A stretch of DNA of 64,000 nucleotides from Squalus acanthias (lineage: Eukaryota). The notes under the pieces were generated by a model. It made no database searches and had not been told where the DNA came from. It saw only the letters and a program-made list of their open reading frames with translations. Of the stretch, positions 1-11,580 are shown piece after piece; position 1 is the stretch's first letter; the number at the start of each line of letters is the position of its first letter. Location: NCBI GenBank assembly GCA_030390025.1, contig CM059438.1:57786001-57850000 (forward strand). Reading direction: 5' to 3'. The translations under genes and the position numbers were made by a program.

Positions 1-1662
1 GTTTGTAACCATCTTCAGGCAGAAGTGCCGAGTGGATGATCCATATCGGCCTCCTCCTGAGGTCCCCACCATCACAGAAACCAGTCTTCAGCCAATTCGA
101 TTCACTCCACGTGATATCAAGAAACGGCTGAGTGCACTGGATACAGCAAAGGCTATGAGCCCCGACAACATCCTGGCTATCGTGCTCCAGAACTAGCCGC
201 GTCTCCAGACAAGCTGTTCCAGTACATCTATAACACTGGCATCTATCCGACAATGTGGAAAACTGCCCAGGAATGTCCTGTCCACAAAAAGCAGGACAAA
301 TTCATCCCGGCCAATTACCGCCCCATTAGTCTACTCTCAATCATCAGCAAAGTGATGGAAGGTGTCATCGACAGTGCTATCAAGCAGCAATTACTCACCA
401 ATAACCTGCTCACTGATGCTCAGTTTGGGTTCTGCCAAGACCACTCGGCTCCAGACCTCATTACAGCCTTGGTCCAAACATGGACAAAAGAGCTGAATTC
501 CACAGGTGAGGTGAGAGTGGCTGCCCTTGACATCAAGGCAGCATTTGACCGAGTGTGGCATCAAGGAACCCCAGTAATACTGAAGTCAATGGGAATCGGG
601 GGGTAAACACTCCACTGGCTGGAGTCATACCTAGCACAAAGGAAGATGATTGTGATGGTTGGAGGTCAATCATCACAGCCCCAGGACATCGCTGCAGGAG
701 TTCCTCAGGGCAGTGTCCTAGGCCCAACCATCTTCAGCTGCTTCATAAGGTCAGAAGTGGGGATGTTCGCTGATGACTGCACAGTGTTCAGTGCCATTCA
801 CAACTCCTCAGATAATGAAGCAGTCCATGCCCGCATGCAGCAAGACCTGGACGACATTCAGGCTTGGGCTGATAAGTGGCAGGTAACATTCACGCCACAC
901 AAATGCCAGGCAATGACTATCTCCAACAAGCAAGCGTCTAACCACCGCCCCTTGACATTCAACAGCATTACCATCACCGAATCCCCCACCATCAACATCC
1001 TGGGGGTCACCATTGACCAGAAACTTAACTGGACCAGCCGCATAAATACTGTGGCAACAAGAGCAGGTCAGAGGCTGGGTATTCTGCGGCGAGTGTCTCA
1101 CCTCCTGACTCCCCAAAGCCTTTCCACCATCTACAAGGCACAAGTCAGGAGTGTGTTGGAATACCCTCCACTTGCCTGGATGAGTGCAGCTGCAACAACA
1201 CTCAAGAAGCTCGACACCATCCAAGGCAAAGCAGCCCGCTTGATTGGCACCCCATCCACCACCTTAAACATTCATTCCCTACACCGGCGTACCGTGGCTG
1301 CAATGTTTACCAACTACAAGATGCACTGCTGCAACTCGCCAAGGCTTCTTCGGCAGCACCTCAAAACCCGCGACCTCTACCACCTAGAAGGACAAGGGCA
1401 GCAGGCGCATGGGAACACCACCACCTCCAAGTTCCCCTCCAAGTCACACACCATCCTGACTTGGAAGTATATCGCCGTTCCTTCATCGTCGCTGGGTCAA
1501 AATCCTGGAACTCCCTCCCTAACAGCACTGTGGGAGTACCTTCACCACACGGACTGCAGCGGTTCAAGAAGGTGGCTCACCACCACCTTCTCAAGGGCAC
1601 CTAGAGATGGGTAATAATTTCTGGCCTTGTTATTGATGCCCACATCCGATGAACAAATTTTT
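1..1662 (+). mobile_element. CR1-group non-LTR retrotransposon 'family B', 3' half (RT domain, frameshifted) with 3' tail
   Basis: ORFs 253-606 and 646-1614 carry RT motifs NYRPISLLSIISKVME, LDIKAAFDRVWH, GVPQGSVLGP and FADD. The tail ending GCCCACATCC plus an A/T run recurs in other copies (~13740, ~42470). The 5' part runs off the window. Confidence 0.9.
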
Positions 1663-1664
1663 AA

Positions 1665-3920
1665 AAAGTGCCACTCCCTTCGGCCTCATCTCCACCGCTG
1701 ACCCTTGCTCCCTGTTTCTTCTCCCTCTGGGCAATGGCGCATCTGCATCTATATTGCTCCCTTCTGGCGACTTTGCCTCCACACTCCCATCCTGCTGCCC
1801 CTTTAAGGCTCCTGCCTCTTGCAACTTCTCCTTGTCTTGCCCCCTCCTGCTCCCCGAGATGTCCGACTCCCCGTCTTTCTTTGGAGTACTTACACTTACC
1901 CCCCACTACTCCCGCCTGCTCTCCCCCTGCAGACACCAGATTCTTTAGGGAGAGCCGAGCCGTATTATGACTCGACTCTACCCTCGACCCATGCTGCCCG
2001 CTACTGTCTTTGTACTTTTCCACCGTACTTGGTGTGTTTTCCACCATCTCCATCATGCTCTCTGCTCTGCAATTTTCTGCCTCTTCCTGAGCTCTTTTCT
2101 CCTTCCATTCACCAGCTGTGTCCTCCGCCTGCTCCACTCCTCCACCCGCTCCACTCACACCTCCTACTCCTTCTCCTCATCAATCAAGGAGCTTTCTTCT
2201 GCCTCACACTCACATTGGGTGGGGCCTTTGTGACACACCCCACAGCTCTCCGCATTGCAGCACCGAGCGATGGGCTGGATTTTGCCAATCGGGAGCTTTT
2301 GGAGGCGGGACTCCCACTTGGCGGGTTTTAGTCCCGCCTCCATCGACTTGTGGCCAACCCACCCAGCGGGCTTAGCAGGCCAATTAAGGGAAAGCCGGTG
2401 ACAAAGAACGTCAGCGTATGATGTTTCATCTGTTTGACAGATGAATTGTCATCATTTGACACCTCTGTGAAGCTGTCAAACACTGACATTCTATGTTGTT
2501 TGATGAGTCCTTGTATTCAAGACTCATCAAACCTATTTGCTGAGCATAAAGCAGATGGCTGTTGCATCGGAGAATGCAGCAGCCATTCTGTCATCTCTGC
2601 CGTGGAGATGCTGGAGCCTCCGGTTCCCCAATGGTTGAAGCCTGCAGAAAGAAACAAAGGTAAGTAAACATTTTCTAACACTTTTCACTCACCTCACATA
2701 TTTACCTCTCCACACTTGCACCCATCACTCACCTCTACAGTGCACTTTTCGACCCCTCTGACCCCCGCAGACCCACTGCTCGCCTTGCTGACCCTGGCGG
2801 GGTTTCCCGATGTTGGGAAACCTGCACTTGTGTGGGTAAAATGGGGATAATCCTCTTAACTGCCTGTTAACTATCTGTTAACAGGCAGTTAAGTGGCCGT
2901 AATCCCTTTCCCACCTCGGGGAGGTGGCTCCCAGCGCGGGTCGGCGACCCGCCTTCTGGGAAGATGGCACGGAGGCGGGTTGGGGGCGGGTTCGGTACCC
3001 GCTCCCAGATTCTGCCATTTTCCCGGCAGTCCCGCCTCCTTACCCGCCTCCCCAAGGCTGGCAAAATTTCCCCCGATGTGTCCAGACTCGCCGCAGTTAT
3101 AACAGTATAAGTCTGGACATCTTCTTACAAGATGGTTGTGTCCAAGACAATAACAACAAGCCTTCACCTGGTTATCATGCAGTACTCAAAAGTACTGCAC
3201 TCCTTCCATTGTCTCGAATTTCATGCTATACAGCAATCACTTCACCCCCCTCTGGGAACCGCACCTTTGCATAACAGGTTCCATCTGCTACCCTCGTTCC
3301 TGGATAGTAGCTCCTCTTTAGTGGCGAGCAAATTTTAATATCCAACGACTCCAACTTTTGTATTAGCACATTGTCCTCAATATAAACCGACAGGTTTAAG
3401 AATGAGACCACCACTGCTTCAGAATATAGCAGAGATACCTCCAAGGACTTATCTCCAACCTTCAAACTCAGTAGAAGTCTTCCACCTCCTCTCGGCTACC
3501 GACCGTCACGTCAAACCCAACTTTCAGCTTTGGTCAGCAGGCAAAGCAGCTTCCCTTGCCGCAGTCCTCATATGCTGCCTGAATAATATCCCAAGCTCGT
3601 ATCTCCTCTTCCTCACACTGAACCACCACCGTGTTTTCTTTTCCAAAACTCCTGGGGTCCCGGCCCAAATCTTTGGGCCTTTTCTTCTCGCTTCCCCTAA
3701 CATTTTCTCCCCTGATTAAATTCATCCTGGGAACATTGTCCTCTGAGGGCCCAGGTTTCCGGGCCCCTCCTGCTGTTTAAGGACCAAAAAGGTCCTAAAA
3801 CCTGAAAAAAACCCACCACCGACTTTTTACAAACGCACGCCAACTCCCTGCAGTAATCAAGCACCCAGCAGCACCTGCTCACTCCTAGCCCCTCCCATCT
3901 AGAGAGTGCAACCCACTGAG
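1665..3920 (-). pseudogene. Decayed L1/Tx1-type ORF1 (ZCCHC3-like gag with CCHC zinc knuckles), split by a MITE
   Basis: Minus-strand fragments read YYPGTRVADGTCYAKVRF, CCYCLGHNHLVRRC and CYNCGESGHI. Removing 2272-3074 restores CYNCGESGHIARCC. A charged low-complexity tail follows (ORF 1661-2158). Boundaries are approximate. Confidence 0.65.
2272..3074. mobile_element. Non-autonomous PIF/Harbinger-like element (MITE)
   Basis: Imperfect 15-bp TIRs GGGCTGGATTTTGCC / GGCAAAATTTCCCCC; 3-bp TSD GAT (2269-2271, 3075-3077). The left TIR is identical to that of the Harbinger at 19382. Confidence 0.8.
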
Positions 3921-3993
3921 TCACAGCTGACAATGCATTAGCAAGTAATACAGAAAGATTTGAGTATTCCACTCTGCGTAAGTGGGCAACAGA

Positions 3994-4165
3994 GGAGTAG
4001 AATTTCCAAGGGAGACCTCCCAATTATCCGTTGTAACTTTGGCGGAAGATCTGCGGAAACCCCAGAAAAATGACACCATTTGCGCAGTTTCTCTAGGGTT
4101 TCGATGGAACCTCTGACGAAGCTATGGCGGACGATCGGGAAAGCCTCCACGCAAATTCTATGCCC
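3994..4165. mobile_element. Short palindromic (hairpin) MITE
   Basis: Inverted arms TAGAATTT/AAATTCTA and GAAACCCCAGAAAAA/TTTCTCTAGGGTTTC; related copy at 57767-57923. Confidence 0.6.
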
Positions 4166-4400
4166 GTATGCAACTACAGGAAACTCTCGTTTAAACGGCA
4201 CCTAAATATCCGGAATTCTCTATTAACCGGCAAAATTCATACTCCGAAAACTCCTCTCAAATAACCGGCAATGTTTCCGAGTCAGAGTCAGAGTCTCCCG
4301 CGAACGCCGAGTTAGTCAGTGGGGGTAGTTCTCCAAAGTGCCACTACTCGGCTTCCTGGCGCTGTCGGAAGTCCGAACACTGCAATAACAGGAGTCTGAT

Positions 4401-4597
4401 TCTCCCGTGCTGCCGGGAGTCTCTTCTGATCCGCCATTTTACTGTGTGTCTCCCGCGCTGCTGGTAGTCTCTTCTGATACACCATTTTACTGTGTGTCTC
4501 CCGCGCTGCTGGTAGTCTCTTCTGATCCACCATTTTACTGTGTGTCTCCCGCGCTGCTGGTAGTCTCTTCCTAGCCACCATTGTTCTGTGTGTCTCT
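4401..4597. repeat. 48-bp tandem repeat, about 4 copies, in the Tigger 5' region
   Basis: Unit approximately CTGCTGGTAGTCTCTTCTGATCCACCATTTTACTGTGTGTCTCCCGCG, seen as 16-aa periodicity in antisense ORFs. Confidence 0.9.
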
Positions 4598-4634
4598 CCA
4601 TCTTTATCGGGAATTATCTCCCCCATCTTGCATT

Positions 4635-6401
4635 ATGGAATTCCCAAAAGCTGGTCCAAGCAAAAGGAAGAGAGTGGTCTTAACTTTAAAACAGAAAATC
4701 GAGATATGCCAACGACTAGAAAGGGGAGAGAAGCGTATCAACATTATGAATGAATTCAAAATCGGTTCGTCAACAATCTATGACGTCAAATCGCAGAAGG
4801 ATAAGCTGCTCAAGTTTTATTCAAGCTCGGAGACATCTAAGAGTGTAGAGAAACGGCGTACGCATCGTAAACCTAAGCTTGAAGGGCTGGATACCGTGCT
4901 TTATGAATGGTTTTCTCTTAAGCGTTCAGAGGGTGTTCCAATTTCCGGACCCATGCTAATCGAGAAAGCGAAGGATTTCTACGAAAGGATGGAGCTCACT
5001 GACAAGTGTGCTTTCTCCGAGGGATGGCTAACGTGCTTCAAGTTACGGCACGGGATACGACGACTCGATATTTCCGGGGAGAAGAAATCAGCTGATCACG
5101 ACGCCGCAGAAGAATACTGCGATTATTTCAATCGGATTGTGCAGCAACATGATTTGTCGCCAGCACAGATATATAATGCCGATGAAACTGGCTTGTTTTG
5201 GAGGTTTTTGCCAGAATCAACGCTTTCTGGGGCTAGTGAGGCTAATGCTTCAGGTTACAAGAAAAATAAAGATCGTGTAACCGTGCTAACATGTGCGAAC
5301 GCTGCTGGATCACACCGGGTTAAACTTCTTGTTATTGGGAAGTATAAAAATCCCCGTGCATTTAAAAATGTGAAGCACTTACCTGTTGAGTACAAAGCTC
5401 AAAAAAATGCTTGGATGGATAAGGAAATCTTCTCCGATTGGTTCCATCATATTTTTGTTCCATCTGTGAGGGAACATTTCCGTAAAATAGGGAAACCTGA
5501 AGATAGCAAATGCATTTTATTGCTTGATAATTGTAGAGCCCATCCGCATGAATCAGAGTTGGTTTCGGGAAATATTTTCACCATTTATTTGCCACCAAAT
5601 GTAACTTCTCTCATCCAACCCATGGACCAGGGCGTTATCCAAAATCTGAAGTGTCATTACAAGAAAGACTTCCTACGTAAATTGATAAGCCAAGATGACA
5701 ATATTGACGCATTTCAGAAGGAATACAATATTAAAGATGCCATCTATAATGTTGCATGTTCCTGGAACTTTGTGAAAGGTCACACTCTGAGGCAAGCCTG
5801 GCGCAAATTGTGGCCTTCTGTAATGTTTGCTGAAGGTTCTTCTTCAGAGGAGGAATTTCATGGGTTCAATGTTCGTCCCAAGAAGAGTACAATAATGGAA
5901 ATGGCTGGCATGGTGAAAAATGTAGGCCCAGCACACCCTCTACGTCACCTCAGTGAAAGTGATATCGAGCAGTGGGGTGATGCAGATGGAGAAGTTGGTG
6001 TTGTGCATATGCTCAGTGATGATGAAATAATTGAGAATGTTTTGAATCCAAAGAAAGAAAAGGAAAGTGAGATGGAAAGTGAAGAGGATGATATTTCTGA
6101 AGAGAACAAGATTTCTTGGGCTAAAGCTGCAGAAGGATTTTCTTCAATCCTCCAATTTGCTGAAAGGCAGACTTGCTACTCTGCCCAAGAAGTTATGCAA
6201 CTCCATATTCTGCATTCCACGTTTCTACAGAAAAGGCAAGAGTCCACTAAGCAAACCGACATCCGCAACATGTTTAAGAAAGCTTCCAAAAGAGTCGAAG
6301 CAGCGGAAGTGCCTGAAGAATCTGTGGAATCTGTGGAAATGCATGATCCTGATGACCCAGCTGGCACGGATATTCCTGATGAACCAGCTGACTTGGAATA
6401 A
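4635..6401 (+). CDS. Tigger/pogo transposase (CENP-B/Jerky-like HTH + DD32D domain), 588 aa from the first ATG
   Basis: N-terminal [18 protein letters not shown] and [15 protein letters not shown]; catalytic [12 protein letters not shown] and QPMDQG, with 32 residues between the 2nd and 3rd Asp; no stops. Confidence 0.93.
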   Translation: MEFPKAGPSKRKRVVLTLKQKIEICQRLERGEKRINIMNEFKIGSSTIYDVKSQKDKLLKFYSSSETSKSVEKRRTHRKPKLEGLDTVLYEWFSLKRSEGVPISGPMLIEKAKDFYERMELTDKCAFSEGWLTCFKLRHGIRRLDISGEKKSADHDAAEEYCDYFNRIVQQHDLSPAQIYNADETGLFWRFLPESTLSGASEANASGYKKNKDRVTVLTCANAAGSHRVKLLVIGKYKNPRAFKNVKHLPVEYKAQKNAWMDKEIFSDWFHHIFVPSVREHFRKIGKPEDSKCILLLDNCRAHPHESELVSGNIFTIYLPPNVTSLIQPMDQGVIQNLKCHYKKDFLRKLISQDDNIDAFQKEYNIKDAIYNVACSWNFVKGHTLRQAWRKLWPSVMFAEGSSSEEEFHGFNVRPKKSTIMEMAGMVKNVGPAHPLRHLSESDIEQWGDADGEVGVVHMLSDDEIIENVLNPKKEKESEMESEEDDISEENKISWAKAAEGFSSILQFAERQTCYSAQEVMQLHILHSTFLQKRQESTKQTDIRNMFKKASKRVEAAEVPEESVESVEMHDPDDPAGTDIPDEPADLE

Positions 6402-7295
6402 GTGTACAGTCAACTACAGTACTGTATACAGTCGTTTATAAGTTTTGTTTTACTGTTAAGTTATTAAAGAGTTATGGATTACCCTCAACTGGCAGTACTG
6501 TACTTAATCAAGCATCTTCCACCATCCATTTAACACAACATTCTATAAGTGAGTACCCAAATACTGTATACTGCACATTTCTTGATTTTTTTATTTTTGT
6601 TTGTTAAAAATAGCCTCGGTAGATATAACTCTCCGTTATCCGGAATTTTTATTTAACCGGCACCACGCCGGTCCCGTCGGTGCCGGATACCAAAGAGTTT
6701 CCTGTACTCAGCTATTTTCAACTTTCGGCAACTTTATAATTTTCATCAGAAACAAATGCTAGTTTCTCTGTTGGATCTGACTTTACTTTGTCCCAATAAC
6801 GAGTTTGCTATTAAAATGATATACTATTTCCAAAGGCTGACAATAAAGTGACCTCAACAGGAAGGATGATATAGACAGACCTATTGGGAAATATTCCTCA
6901 TAATCTCTTTGCTTTGTTGTCCATGAAAATATAGTGACCTATGACTTTGGGTTTGTGCTTGGCTGACAATAGCAACTTCAGTTAAAAGAACAACCTTCAT
7001 GTATTTTACTTACTGCATTAAGTCTGAAGACATCTCTCCATTTCTGAAAACACAAGAAACAAGGAAATGTTATTAGAACTCCTATATGGATTTTGATATT
7101 TATTTAAGAACTTCAAATTAGTCAAAATACATCAAGTTGAATAAAAGGAAAATATGCTAGATTGATAATATTGCCAATTTAAAACCCAAGTTCTGATTAC
7201 TGTTAATTGAGTATAAAAATACATCTCTATGGGATCACACTTCAGAGATCATCACATCTTAAAAGGGTCTGTAGGGCATGAGAGCTCAAAATAAC

Positions 7296-8958
7296 AAATA
7301 CCAAAAATAGTGGAAACCAAGGGGCTGATGAGAGTGAGGAACTTAAAGTAATTAATATCAGTAGAGAAAAAGTACTTTAGAAACTAATGGGACTAAAAGC
7401 CGACAAATCCACTGGACCTGATGGCCTACATCCTCGGGTTCTAAAAGAGGTTGCTGGTTGTGATCTTCCAAAATTCCCTAGATTCTAGAATCAGTCCCAC
7501 GGATTGGAAGGATGCAAATGTAACCCCGCTATTCAAGAAAGGAAGGAGAAAGAAAACAAGGAACCACAGGCCAGTTAGCCTGAGATCAGTCATCAGGAAA
7601 ATGATGGAATCTATTATTAAGGAAGTGGAAACAGGCACTTAGAAAAACATAATTTGATTAGTCAACATGGTTTTATGAAAAGGGAAATTGTGTTTGACTA
7701 ATCTATTTGAGGTTTTTTGAGGATGTAACTAGCAGGGTGGATAAAGGGGAATCAGTGGATGTAGTATATTTGGATTTCCAAAAGGCATTCGATAAGGTGC
7801 CACATAAAAGGTTGTTACACAAGATAAGAGCTCATGGGGTTGGGGGTAATATATTAGCATCGATAGATGATTGGTTAACAGACAGAAAACAGACAGTAGG
7901 GATAAACGGGTCATTTTCCAGATGGCAGGCTGTAAATAGTAGGGTGCCGAAAGGAACATTGCTTGGGCCTCAGCTATTCACAATCTATATCAATGACTTA
8001 GATGAAGGGACCAAGTGCAATGTATCCAATTTTGCTGACGAATCAAAGCTAGGTGGGAAAGTAAGCTCTGAGGAGGACACAAAGAGCCGGCAAAGGGATA
8101 TAGACAGGTTAAGTGAGTGGGCAATAAGGTGGCAGATGGAGTATAATGTGAGGAAATGTGAGATTATTCACTTTGGTAGGAAGAACAGAAGAACAGAGTA
8201 TTTTTTTAAATGGTGAGAAACTATTAAATGTTGGTGTTGAGAGAGATTTAGGTGTCTTCGTACAGGAAACACAGAAAGTTAGCATGCAGGTAAAGCAAGC
8301 AATTAGGAAGGCAAATGGCATGTTGGCCTTTATTGCAAGGGGGTTGGAGTACAAGAGTAAGGAAGTCTTACTACAATTGTACAGGGCTTTGGTGAGACCA
8401 CACCTGGAGTACTGTGTACAGTTTTGGTCTCCTTATCTGAGAAAGGACATACATGCCTTTGAGGCGGTGCAACAAAGGTTCAATAGATTGATCCCTGGGA
8501 TCAGAGGATTGTCCTATGAGAAGAAATTGAGTAGATTGGGCCTATATGCTCTGGAGTTTAGAAGAATGAAAGGTGATCTCATTTAAACATATAAGATTCT
8601 GAAGGGGATTGATAGGGTAGATGCTGAAGATTGTTTCCCCTGGTTGGAGAGTCCAGAACTAGGGGGCATAGTCTCAGCATAAGGGGTCAACCATTTAAGA
8701 CTGAGATGAGGAGGAATTTCTTCACTCAGAGGGTTGTGAATCTTTGAAATTCTCTGCCCCAAAGGGCTGTGGATGCTGAGTTGTTGAGTATATTCAAGGC
8801 TGAGATAGATAGATTTTTAAACTCAATGGGAATCAAGGGATATGGGGATCGGGCAGGAAAGTGGAGTTGAGGTTGAAGATCAACCATGATCTTATTGAAT
8901 GGCAGAGCAGGCTCAAAGGACCGTATGGCCTACTCCTGCTCCTAATTCTTATGTTCTT
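7296..8958 (+). mobile_element. CR1 LINE, 5'-truncated, decayed RT
   Basis: YLDFQKAFDKVPH, LVRPHLEYCVQFWSP; 3' tail with TTCTTATG repeats. Confidence 0.92.
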
Positions 8959-9689
8959 ATTAAAACTATCAGAAGTGGGGCTGTTTGCTGATGATTGCAG
9001 TGCTCAGCTCCATTTGCAATTTTTCAGTTAATGACGTAGTCCATGCTCACATGCAGCAAGACCTGGACAATATCCAGGCATGGACTGGTAAGTGGCAAGT
9101 AATATCCGCTCCAAACAGTCCCACAATGACCATTTCCAACAAAAGAGAGCATAACCATAGCTCCTTGACATTCTGTGGAATTGCCATAACTGAGTCCCCC
9201 ACCATCAACAGCCTGGGCATCACCAGTGAACAGAAACTCAACGGGAACAGCCACATAAATGTCATGCCTACTACAGCTGGTAAGAGGCCGGGGCTGTGAA
9301 TTTCCCCCTATTAGTGCTGACATTTAAGGCCGGTTTTGTCAGAAAAATGGCGGCCACCTCGCTTCCAGCCACTTGCGGTGCGGGCCGTGGCGGTTGCCAT
9401 TTAGGGCAGGTCGGTAGCGCTGCCATTGCCTGCGTTCAGCAGAAGAATGCAACTGATGCAAATTGTGACGTCAATCAGCGTGCTATTTTGCCCTCTCCAA
9501 AACACACACAGCTGAACGTGCGTTCAGTTGCACAAGGGAGCGCCCCCCCCCCCACCAGCGACATTTAAAGGGATCATCAACAACTAGCAAGTAACTTGCA
9601 TTTGAGTTCTACTGGCTCTGTGTAAGTTTGTGCAACTGTTTGGAGCTTTCTAGAGTTATTTACAGTTGGTGAGGTGAGAGGGAATGGTG

Positions 9690-11580
9690 CTTACACAGGA
9701 TATACAGCACAGAAACAGGCCATTCGGCCCAACCAGTCCATGCCGGCGTTTATGCTCCACTCGAGCCTCCACCCGTCTTTCCTCATCTAAATCTATCAGC
9801 ATAACCCTCTATTCCCTTCTCCCTCATATGCTTAGACAAAAGCAAAATACTGCGGATGCTGGAAATCTGAAATAAAAACAGAAATATTTCCAGCATTTTC
9901 TGTTTTTATCCCTCATATGCTTGTCTAGCCTCCCCTTAAATGCATCTATACTTTTCGCTTCAACCACTTCCTGTGGTAGCGAGTTCCACATTCTGGGTAA
10001 AGAAGTTTCTTCTGAATTCCCTATTGGATTTCTTGGTGACTATCTTATATTGATGGCCTCTAGTTATGCTCTTCCCCACAAGTGGAAACACTCTCTCTAT
10101 GTCTACTCTATCAAATCCTTTCATAATTTTATAGACCTCTATTAGGTCACCCCTCAGCCTTCTTTTTTCAAGAGAAAAGAGATCCAGCCTGTTCATCCTT
10201 TCCTGATAGGTATACTCTTGCATTTCTGGTATCATCCATGTAAATCTTTTCTGCACCCTCTCAGTGCCTCTATATCCTTTTTATAATATGGCGACCAGAA
10301 CTGTACGCAGTGTGGTCTAACCAAGGTTCAATACAGATTTAGCATAACTTCCCTACTTTTTAATTCTATACCTCTAGAAATAAACCCTAGTGCTTGGTTT
10401 GCTTTTTTTAATGGCCTTGCTAACCTGTGTTGCAACTTTGAGTGATTTGTGTATTGGTACTCCCAGATCCCTTTGTTCCTCTACCCCACCTAGACTCGCA
10501 CCCTCCAAGTAATAAATGACCTCCCTATTCTTCCTACCAAAATGTAATACCTCACATTTATGTGTTGAACTTCATTTGCCAATTATATGCCCATTCTGCA
10601 AGTTTATTAATGTCCTCCTGTAACTTGTTGCAGTCCTCCTCAGTATTGACTATCCCCCCCAATTTGGTGCCATCCGCAAATTTAGAAATTGTGTTTTTGA
10701 TTCCAAAGTCTAAATCGTTAATATAAATTGTGAACAACAGTGGTCCCAGCACTGATCTTTGTGGAACATCACTACCCACCTTCTGCCACTGTGAATAGCT
10801 ACCTTTTACCCCTACTCTCTGCTTTGTCTTGAAGCCAGCTAGCTATCCGTTCTGCTACTTGTCCCCTGACTCCGCATTCTCTGACCTTGTTCATCAGTCT
10901 ATTATGGGGTACCTTATCGAAGGCCTTTTGAAAATCTAGATAAATTACATCTACTGCATTACCATTGTCTACTCTCTGTTACCTTTTCAAAAATTCAATG
11001 AGTACATAAGAAATAGGAGCAGGAGTAAGCCATTTGGCCCCTCGAGCCTGCTCCGCCATTCAATAAGATCATGGCTGATCTTCTACCTCAATTCCACTTT
11101 CCTGCACTATCCCCATATCCCTTGATTCCCTTAATATTCAAAAATCTATCGATCTCTGTCTTGAATATACTCAACGACTGAGCCTCCACAGCCATCTGGG
11201 GTAGAGAATTCCAAAGATTCACCACCCTCTGAGTGAAGAAATTTCTCCTCATCTCAGTCCTAAATGGCCGACCCCTTATTCTGAGACTGCGACCCCTGGT
11301 TCTAGAATCCCCAGCAAGACTTTCCCTTTTGAATTACTATGTTTTTGGTTTCTAGATGTTCTTCTATTTTCTCCTTTAGTAAGGTTTCCATTATTTTTCC
11401 TACCACTGATGTTAAGCTGACTGATCTATAATTCCCTGGACATGTTCTATCCCCTTTCTTAAATATCGGTATTACGTAAGCTATCCGCTAGTCCTCTGGC
11501 ACTACACCTTTTTCCAACGAATTATTAAATATGTGTAGTAATGCCTCTGCTATCTCTTCCCTAGATTCTTTTAAAATGCG
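9690..11580 (-). mobile_element. Decayed CR1 LINE with a nested CR1 3' fragment (~11004-11316) and a Penelope micro-insertion
   Basis: ORFs 9960-10256 and 10558-10779 with VPQRSVLGPLLF, KFADGTK and RRLRGDLIEVYK. Confidence 0.85.
9834..9908. mobile_element. 75-bp Penelope-like pLTR remnant in inverted arrangement
   Basis: Matches the terminus of the element at 58894-59503 (GCAAAATACTGCGGATGCTGGAAATCTGAAATAA); flanked by a 14-bp direct repeat TCCCTCATATGCTT (9820-9833, 9909-9922). Confidence 0.75.

Larger units (their letters stand above)
4177..6704 (+). mobile_element. Full-length Tigger/pogo (Tc1/mariner superfamily) DNA transposon
   Basis: TIRs CAGGAAACTCTcgtttaaacGGCACC versus (reverse complement) CAGGAAACTCTttggtatccGGCACC; TA TSD at 4175-4176 and 6705-6706; intact transposase inside. 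Confidence 0.95.

Noticed and set aside
4312..4626. Repetitive ORFs (KRLPAARETHSKM)n on the minus strand, or a CRISPR-like array
   Set aside because: These are translations of a 48-bp tandem repeat. There are no unique spacers, no cas genes, and the context is eukaryotic.
4635..6401. Domesticated host gene (TIGD/JRKL)
   Set aside because: It is flanked by TIRs and a TA TSD, so it is treated as a transposon; no symbol assigned.
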